DNA of 64,000 nt from Saprospirales bacterium (GTDB lineage: Bacteria > Bacteroidota > Bacteroidia > Chitinophagales > JADIYW01). Positions 58,355 through 64,000 of the stretch are shown one piece after another (within the stretch, counting starts at the first letter, position 1; each line of letters starts with the position of its first letter). The notes beneath the pieces were generated by a model. The model was not told where the DNA came from. It did no database searches and saw nothing but the letters and a program-made list of their open reading frames with translations. The stretch spans positions 22,386-86,385 of the forward strand of contig JADJSS010000009.1 in assembly GCA_016711605.1 (NCBI GenBank). Reading direction: 5' to 3'. A program made the translations under genes and the position numbers.

Positions 58355-58975
58355 TTAAGAATTTGCAATTACTTCTATCGATTTTTCACTAATCAAAATC
58401 GTACTGTTGTTCATTAATTCGTATGTATTCAAGTTATCTGCAGTTGCTACGTTAGCACCTTGTACATTTCTACTTGATAGATATACGTTTTCATTTAAAT
58501 CAGGTAAAATCAATAATGATTTTTTATTTTCTAAACCAAAGTTTTTTAAGAATGTGATATATTCTTTAGTTTTTGGTGATTCAAAATTAAAGTCTTCAAC
58601 AATTTTGATTGAGTTGCCTTGTACTTTTGTAGAAAGTGCAGAATATTTAGCCAACGTTTTTACTTTTTTATTTAATTTAAAATCGTAAGAACGAGGACGT
58701 GGTCCAAATATACGTGCACCACCTTTAAACAATGGATTTTTAATACTACCTTTTCTTGAGCCACCAGTTCCTTTTTGTTTGTGCAATTTTCTTGTAGATC
58801 CTGATAATTCAGATTTTTCTAATGTTTTGTGTGTACCACTTCTTCTGCCAGCTAAGTATTGCTTAACTGCTAAGTAAACAACATGCTCATTTGGTTCGAT
58901 TCCAAAAACTGCGTCTGGAAGCTCAATTGTTCTTCCTGTTGCCTGACCACTTATATTATATACTTCTGCTTTCAT
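58355..58975 (-). CDS. rplD: 50S ribosomal protein L4
   Basis: GRRSGTHKTLEKSELSGSTRKLHKQKGTGGSR matches uL4. Confidence 0.93.
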   Translation of the reverse strand: MKAEVYNISGQATGRTIELPDAVFGIEPNEHVVYLAVKQYLAGRRSGTHKTLEKSELSGSTRKLHKQKGTGGSRKGSIKNPLFKGGARIFGPRPRSYDFKLNKKVKTLAKYSALSTKVQGNSIKIVEDFNFESPKTKEYITFLKNFGLENKKSLLILPDLNENVYLSSRNVQGANVATADNLNTYELMNNSTILISEKSIEVIANS

Positions 58976-59006
58976 TTTGATTTATTAATCAATCCCAATT
59001 GGGAAA

Positions 59007-59630
59007 TTATTTATTTTTTTTCTCGATTACAATGTAAGAACCGTTGTGACCAGGTATGCTACCTTTAACGATAATTAGATTTTCATCAGGAATCATTTTT
59101 ACAATTTTGATGTTCAATTCTTTTACTTGATCGCCACCCATTCGGCCACCCATTTTCATGCCTTTGAATACACGTGCTGGTGTAGAGCAAGCTCCTAATG
59201 AACCTGGTGCACGTAAACGATTGTGCTGACCATGAGTTTGTCCACCAACACCACCAAATCCGTGACGTTTTACAACACCTTGGAAACCTTTTCCTTTAGA
59301 TGTGCCAGTAATTGTTATTTTGTCTCCTTCTTTTAATAACTCAGAAGAAACAATATCACCAACATTTAAGTTATCCATTCCTTTGAATTCCACCAATTTT
59401 GCTTTTGGAGCAGCACCAGATTTTTCAAAGTGTTTTTTCATCGGTTTAGTGGTGTTTTTTTCTTTTTTATCACCATAACCCAATTGTACTGCATCGTAAC
59501 CATCTTTATCTTTCGATTTCTTTTGAGTTACTACGCATGGACCAGCTTGAATAACTGTGCAAGGAATAATTGCACCGCCTTCGCCGAAAATACTGGTCAT
59601 ACCTATTTTTGTTCCTATTAATCCTGCCAT
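59007..59630 (-). CDS. rplC: 50S ribosomal protein L3
   Basis: [15 protein letters not shown]...[13 protein letters not shown] matches uL3. Confidence 0.95.
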   Translation of the reverse strand: MAGLIGTKIGMTSIFGEGGAIIPCTVIQAGPCVVTQKKSKDKDGYDAVQLGYGDKKEKNTTKPMKKHFEKSGAAPKAKLVEFKGMDNLNVGDIVSSELLKEGDKITITGTSKGKGFQGVVKRHGFGGVGGQTHGQHNRLRAPGSLGACSTPARVFKGMKMGGRMGGDQVKELNIKIVKMIPDENLIIVKGSIPGHNGSYIVIEKKNK

Positions 59631-59636
59631 GACTTG

Positions 59637-59942
59637 TTATACTTTAATTTCTACGTCAACACCACTTGGTAATTCTAATTTCATCAATGCGTCTACCGTT
59701 TTTGGTGTTGCACTATAAATGTCTAATAATCTTTTATACGTACACAATTTGAATTGCTCACGTGCTACTTTGTTTACGTGCGGCGATTTTAATACTGTAA
59801 AAATCTTTTTGTGTGTAGGTAATGGAATTGGACCAGTAACTACAGCACCTGCAGCGCGTACTGTTTTTACGATTTTCTCAGCAGACTTATCTACTAAGTT
59901 GTGATCGTATGATTTTAATTTTATTCTAATTTTTTGTGCCAT
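59637..59942 (-). CDS. rpsJ: 30S ribosomal protein S10
   Basis: [23 protein letters not shown]...GPIPLPT matches uS10. Confidence 0.95.
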   Translation of the reverse strand: MAQKIRIKLKSYDHNLVDKSAEKIVKTVRAAGAVVTGPIPLPTHKKIFTVLKSPHVNKVAREQFKLCTYKRLLDIYSATPKTVDALMKLELPSGVDVEIKV

Positions 59943-59957
59943 GATATATACTATCTA

Positions 59958-62060
59958 TTAATCAGCTTTTACTTTAGATTTTGCTTTTACAATTTGTTCT
60001 GTAATGTTATTTGGAGCTTGTGCATAGTGAGAGAATTCCATGATAGAAGTTGCTCTACCAGATGTAATTGTTCTCAAATCTGTTACGTAACCAAACATTT
60101 CTGACAAAGGAACTTTTGCTTTAATCACATTTGCATTATGTTTCATTTCCATTCCTTCCATCATACCACGACGACGGTTCAAGTCACCTACCACATCACC
60201 TGTATTTTCTTCTGGAGTGATTACTTCCAACTTCATGATAGGTTCTAACAAGATAGGATTTGCTTTTCTACATGCTTCACGGAATGCAAATTTAGCAGCT
60301 TGTTCAAAAGAGAAAGAATCTGAATCCACTTGGTGGAAAGAGCCGTCAAATAAACGTACTTTCAAGCTTGGCACTTCATATCCAGCCAACACACCAGTTT
60401 TCATTGCTTCTTTAAATCCTTTTTCTACTGATGGAATAAATTCACGAGGAATTGCACCACCAAAAATGTCATTTATGAAAGTTAAACCTTCTTTTTCTTC
60501 ATCACCAGGTCCGATTTCTATTTGAATATCTGCAAATTTACCACGACCACCTGATTGTTTAGCGTATTTTTCTCTATGATCAATTGTTTGAGTAATCGTT
60601 TCTTTATAGTTTACCTGAGGTGCACCTTGATTACACTCTACTTTAAATTCACGTAATAAACGGTCAACGATAATTTCTAAGTGAAGTTCACCCATTCCAG
60701 AGATAACAGTCTGAGCAGTATCTTCGTCATATCTTACTTTAAATGTTGGATCTTCTTCAGCTAATTTACCTAAAGCCATACCTAATTTATCAGCGTCTTT
60801 TTGAGTTTTAGGTTCGATAGCCAAACCAATAACTGGATCTGGAAATTTCATTGATTCTAACACAATTGGATTTGCTTCAGCACATAAAGTATCACCTGTT
60901 CTAATATCTTTGAAACCAACAACAGCACCAATATCACCAGCTCCTAATCTTTCGATTGGATTTTGTTTATTAGCATGCATTTGGAAGATACGAGAAATAC
61001 GTTCTTTATTTCCGCTTCTAGTATTTAATACGTAAGAGCCAGCTTCTAAAACACCAGAATAAGCGCGTGTGAAAGCTAAACGACCAACATAAGGATCCGT
61101 TGCAATTTTAAATGCTAAAGCTGCAAATGGTTCGTCATAACTTGGTTTACGAATAACTTCTGCACCAGTATCAGGATTTGTACCAATGATATTTGGTCTA
61201 TCCATAGGTGATGGCATTAATTCCATAACCAAATCTAACATTGTTTGAACACCTTTATCTTTGAAAGAAGAACCGCATAACATCGGTACAATTTTCATAT
61301 CTAAGCATGCTGCTCTTAATGCATCTAATATTTCTCTTTCTGAAATTGAAGTTGGATCATCAAAAAATTTCTCCATCAATTTATCATCATATTCAGAAAC
61401 TGCTTCTAATAATTTTTCTCTCCACATAGTAGCTTCTTCCACCATATCAGCTGGAATATCTACAGTTTGGAAAGTCATACCTCTATCATGGTCGTTCCAA
61501 ACGATACCACGGAAGTTGATTAAATCTACAACACCTTTAAATGTATCTTCTGAACCGATTGGCAATTGCAAAGGAACTGCATTAGAACCCAACATTTTTT
61601 TAACTTGCTCAACCACCATTAAAAAATCAGCGCCAGCTCTATCCATTTTATTTACGAAACCTAAACGGGCTACATTATAATTATTAGCTAAACGCCAGTT
61701 TGTTTCAGATTGTGGTTCAACACCATCAACGGCTGAAAATAAAAACACCAAACCATCTAATACACGTAGTGAACGATTTACCTCAACCGTAAAGTCAACG
61801 TGTCCTGGTGTATCGATAATATTAACGTGATAATCTTCTCCTCTGTATTTCCAACCCACAGTTGTAGCAGCAGAAGTGATTGTTATACCACGCTCAGCTT
61901 CCTGTACCATCCAGTCCATTGTAGAAGCACCATCATGTACTTCACCAATTTTGTGGTTTACACCAGCATAATACAAAATACGTTCAGTCGTAGTTGTTTT
62001 ACCAGCATCAATGTGAGCTGCAATACCAATGTTTCTTGTATATTTTAAATCGCGTGCCAT
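59958..62060 (-). CDS. fusA: Elongation factor G
   Basis: 700 aa. It has G-domain motifs [14 protein letters not shown] and NKMD, plus EF-G domains II-V. Confidence 0.97.
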   Translation of the reverse strand: MARDLKYTRNIGIAAHIDAGKTTTTERILYYAGVNHKIGEVHDGASTMDWMVQEAERGITITSAATTVGWKYRGEDYHVNIIDTPGHVDFTVEVNRSLRVLDGLVFLFSAVDGVEPQSETNWRLANNYNVARLGFVNKMDRAGADFLMVVEQVKKMLGSNAVPLQLPIGSEDTFKGVVDLINFRGIVWNDHDRGMTFQTVDIPADMVEEATMWREKLLEAVSEYDDKLMEKFFDDPTSISEREILDALRAACLDMKIVPMLCGSSFKDKGVQTMLDLVMELMPSPMDRPNIIGTNPDTGAEVIRKPSYDEPFAALAFKIATDPYVGRLAFTRAYSGVLEAGSYVLNTRSGNKERISRIFQMHANKQNPIERLGAGDIGAVVGFKDIRTGDTLCAEANPIVLESMKFPDPVIGLAIEPKTQKDADKLGMALGKLAEEDPTFKVRYDEDTAQTVISGMGELHLEIIVDRLLREFKVECNQGAPQVNYKETITQTIDHREKYAKQSGGRGKFADIQIEIGPGDEEKEGLTFINDIFGGAIPREFIPSVEKGFKEAMKTGVLAGYEVPSLKVRLFDGSFHQVDSDSFSFEQAAKFAFREACRKANPILLEPIMKLEVITPEENTGDVVGDLNRRRGMMEGMEMKHNANVIKAKVPLSEMFGYVTDLRTITSGRATSIMEFSHYAQAPNNITEQIVKAKSKVKAD

Positions 62061-62116
62061 TTTATTTTTTGTTGTGGTTCATAGTTACGAACCATTGCTT
62101 AATTATATTTTTGTTT

Positions 62117-62584
62117 TTATGCTTTGAAATGTGAGAATGCTTTATTTGCTTCTGCCATTTTGTGCGTATCTTCTTTTCTTTTTACTGCTGCACCTTCACC
62201 TTTAGAAGCTGCAATTAATTCTGCTGCTAATTTATCACCCATTGATTTTCCGTTTCTTTTGCGAGAATACTGAATTAACCAACGAATCGTCATAAATAAT
62301 TTTCTGTCTTCACGTATTGGCGTTGGAATTTGGAAAGTAGCACCACCAATTCTTCGGCTTTTAACTTCAACAGCAGGCATTGCATTATCCATTGCTTTCT
62401 TCCATATTTCGTAACCTTCTTCTTTAGTAGTAGCTTTAATACGATCTAATGCTTCGTAAAACGCTGTGTAAGCAGTACTCTTTTTACCACCAATCATTAA
62501 ATTATTCACAAAACGTGTAATTAATGGATCACCGTAAACTGGATCTGGTGCTAAATATCTTTTCTTTGCTTTTTGCTTTCTCAT
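62117..62584 (-). CDS. rpsG: 30S ribosomal protein S7
   Basis: MRKQKAKKRYLAPDPVYGD...VEVKSRRIGGATFQIP matches uS7. Confidence 0.95.
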   Translation of the reverse strand: MRKQKAKKRYLAPDPVYGDPLITRFVNNLMIGGKKSTAYTAFYEALDRIKATTKEEGYEIWKKAMDNAMPAVEVKSRRIGGATFQIPTPIREDRKLFMTIRWLIQYSRKRNGKSMGDKLAAELIAASKGEGAAVKRKEDTHKMAEANKAFSHFKA

Positions 62585-62614
62585 GCTTTTATTCTATTTT
62601 CTGTATTACAGATA

Positions 62615-63028
62615 TTATTTTTTCTTGCCTTTAGCTGGTGCTGCTGGTGCTGCTCCAGCTTTTGCTTTTTTAGTTCCGTATTTAGAACGACTTTTCTGAC
62701 GGTTGTTTACACCAGCAGTATCCAAAGCGCCACGAACAATGTGATAACGCACACCTGGTAAATCTTTCACACGACCTCCACGAATCATTACGATAGAGTG
62801 TTCTTGTAAATTATGTCCTTCACCAGGAATATAAGCAATTACCTCAAACTTGTTGGTTAAACGCACTTTCGCTACTTTACGCAACGCAGAATTTGGTTTC
62901 TTTGGTGTTGTAGTATACACCCGTGTACACACACCTCTACGTTGTGGACATGCATCTAACGCTCTAGATTTTGAGCTGTATTGAAGCTCTTGTCTTCCTT
63001 TTCTTACTAATTGTTGAATTGTAGGCAT
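62615..63028 (-). CDS. rpsL: 30S ribosomal protein S12 with a K/A-rich C-terminal extension
   Basis: [12 protein letters not shown]...[11 protein letters not shown]...[14 protein letters not shown] matches uS12. Confidence 0.95.
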   Translation of the reverse strand: MPTIQQLVRKGRQELQYSSKSRALDACPQRRGVCTRVYTTTPKKPNSALRKVAKVRLTNKFEVIAYIPGEGHNLQEHSIVMIRGGRVKDLPGVRYHIVRGALDTAGVNNRQKSRSKYGTKKAKAGAAPAAPAKGKKK

Positions 63029-63030
63029 TC

Positions 63031-63048
63031 GTTACTTTCGTTACTTTT
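63031..63048 (-). repeat. Tandem 9-mers AAAAGTAAC GAAAGTAAC abutting the rpsL start codon
   Basis: On the plus strand, GTTACTTTC GTTACTTTT lies 2 nt from the ATG. Confidence 0.6.
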
Positions 63049-63057
63049 TTAAAATTT

Positions 63058-63096
63058 CGGACTGCAAAGGTAGAGATAAGAGGTAAGAATACCAAA
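63058..63096 (-). promoter_or_regulatory. Candidate str-operon promoter (-33 TTTG, -7 TACCTTTG, then CAGTCCGAAATTTT)
   Basis: The coding strand reads TACCTTTGCAGTCCGAAATTTT (-7 box at 63065-63072), with a TTTG about 20 nt upstream (63093-63096). Confidence 0.5.
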
Positions 63097-63716
63097 CATA
63101 AACTTAAAAAAGTTATGTTTTTTTTGTAGTCTTACCTTCCCTGCGAAGGCAGTAACTACAAGAAGAATTTGTTCTAAAAACGGAACGTTCCTCCTGAAGT
63201 GGGCGCAAAGATAGTAATTTATTCTCAATTGTGGAAAATTATTGCATATTAATTTCGGGTTAAGATTGTGTTTGGTAAGTGATAAGGAATGAGTTGTTAG
63301 TAAAATATTACTTAATCTATTGATTATCAATTTGAATTAAAGTAATACTATAGTAGATTTTTTAAAAAATTAATCTTTTTTTTAATTTATTAAGCAGCCA
63401 AATGCATAATCTATTAAAAGAGTTTATGTTTTTCTAACGAACAACGATATGCAGATTGAACTAAAATTAAGAAGTACAAAATATTTTATAATATGTTGAT
63501 TTTGTAAAATCGGTCAGGAGACCGAGTGAATTAGTACACACGAGTGATACTGCTGAAGACTAACGCGAAAATTGAATTTGCTAAAATGAACTCTTCAGTT
63601 ATTCATTACAACCATAATATTGAAAATTATATTCTGACAATCCGGCCTGGTTAACGTATATACATACCTTACCATTTTAAAATCTTGATTCCATCTAATG
63701 TTTGTATTAATATCTT

Positions 63717-64000
63717 TTATTTCTCTTCCAAAAACTTCAAATTCCATAGTTTTTCGGCACGGCTGCCGATAAACCAGAAGATAAATGCCAAAATCATAAA
63801 GAAAATAGATTTATGCAATGGAATCCAGAAAAATTCAAAATATCTTGTTACTAAGTTCAAAATAAAAAATACTAATCCAATATTGCCTAATATATGGTCA
63901 TTCTGTTTTAAACCAATGTACATTGCAAGTAAAGAAACAGCGAACAAAAATATAGACCAGCCAATAAAATGGTATTGTTTAACTTCGTTCCATTTATCTA
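63717..64000 (-). CDS. Integral membrane protein, 5' end beyond the window
   Basis: The reading frame stays open from 63717 to the window edge (the track lists only 63717..63947 from an internal TTG). The product is hydrophobic, and I cannot assign a family. Confidence 0.4.
   Translation of the reverse strand, partial: DKWNEVKQYHFIGWSIFLFAVSLLAMYIGLKQNDHILGNIGLVFFILNLVTRYFEFFWIPLHKSIFFMILAFIFWFIGSRAEKLWNLKFLEEK

Noticed and set aside
63049-63330. 93-aa minus-strand ORF just upstream of rpsL.
   Set aside because: It overlaps the predicted str-operon promoter and leader, resembles no family I recognise, and has odd composition. It is most likely non-coding.
63507-63530. GGTCAGGAGACC hairpin, considered as the SRP (4.5S) RNA domain IV.
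   Set aside because: It lacks the conserved GGAA tetraloop and AGCA symmetric-loop context, and no long closing helix is evident.
1-64000. Search for tRNA, rRNA, tmRNA and RNase P signatures (GGTTCGAATCC-type T-arms, GC-rich islands) and for transposase, integrase or phage genes.
   Set aside because: I found none. The GC-richer hairpins encountered (for example 8840-8860 and 62075-62095) are short leader or intercistronic stems, not tRNA-like cloverleaves.

Overview
AT-rich chromosomal window from a member of the Bacteroidota, probably Flavobacteriia- or Sphingobacteriia-like. Supporting signs are T9SS components and cargo, TAnnTTTG-type promoters, SD-poor leaders, and LytTR / Y_Y_Y sensor pairs. 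Positions 1-44.7 kb carry mixed housekeeping and accessory genes: thiH, a frameshifted porQ, cmk, a desaturase-like gene, and a cluster of three signal-peptide proteins (TPR, TPR-caspase, papain-like peptidase). They continue with rpsA, pckA, queE, an OmpA-family protein, kdsA, a GxxExxY gene bracketed by inverted repeats, rarA and pyrD. The same region holds two LytTR two-component pairs and a TetR-linked beta-oxidation operon whose FadB-like and FadA-like parts form one 1199-codon ORF. It also holds two large T9SS adhesin genes (one intact with four near-identical 153-bp tandem repeats, one broken at five or more places) and carA. Positions 44.8-63.0 kb are the complete str-S10-spc-alpha ribosomal supercluster on the minus strand (rpsL to rplQ). 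This includes rpmD and rpmJ, which are under 60 aa and so missing from the ORF track. I found no rRNA, tRNA, CRISPR array, transposase or integrase. Five observations stand out. (1) A family of phased 7-9-nt repeat tracts forms hairpins in many spacers, ends exactly at start codons, and also appears in-frame inside pyrD and as the fadB-fadA linker. (2) The GxxExxY gene sits in an inverted-repeat cassette. (3) The FadB and FadA parts are fused. (4) The TPR, caspase and papain genes form a secreted cluster. (5) Homopolymer-associated frame disruptions hit only surface and sensory genes. Small-feature coordinates were counted by hand and may be off by 1-2 nt.
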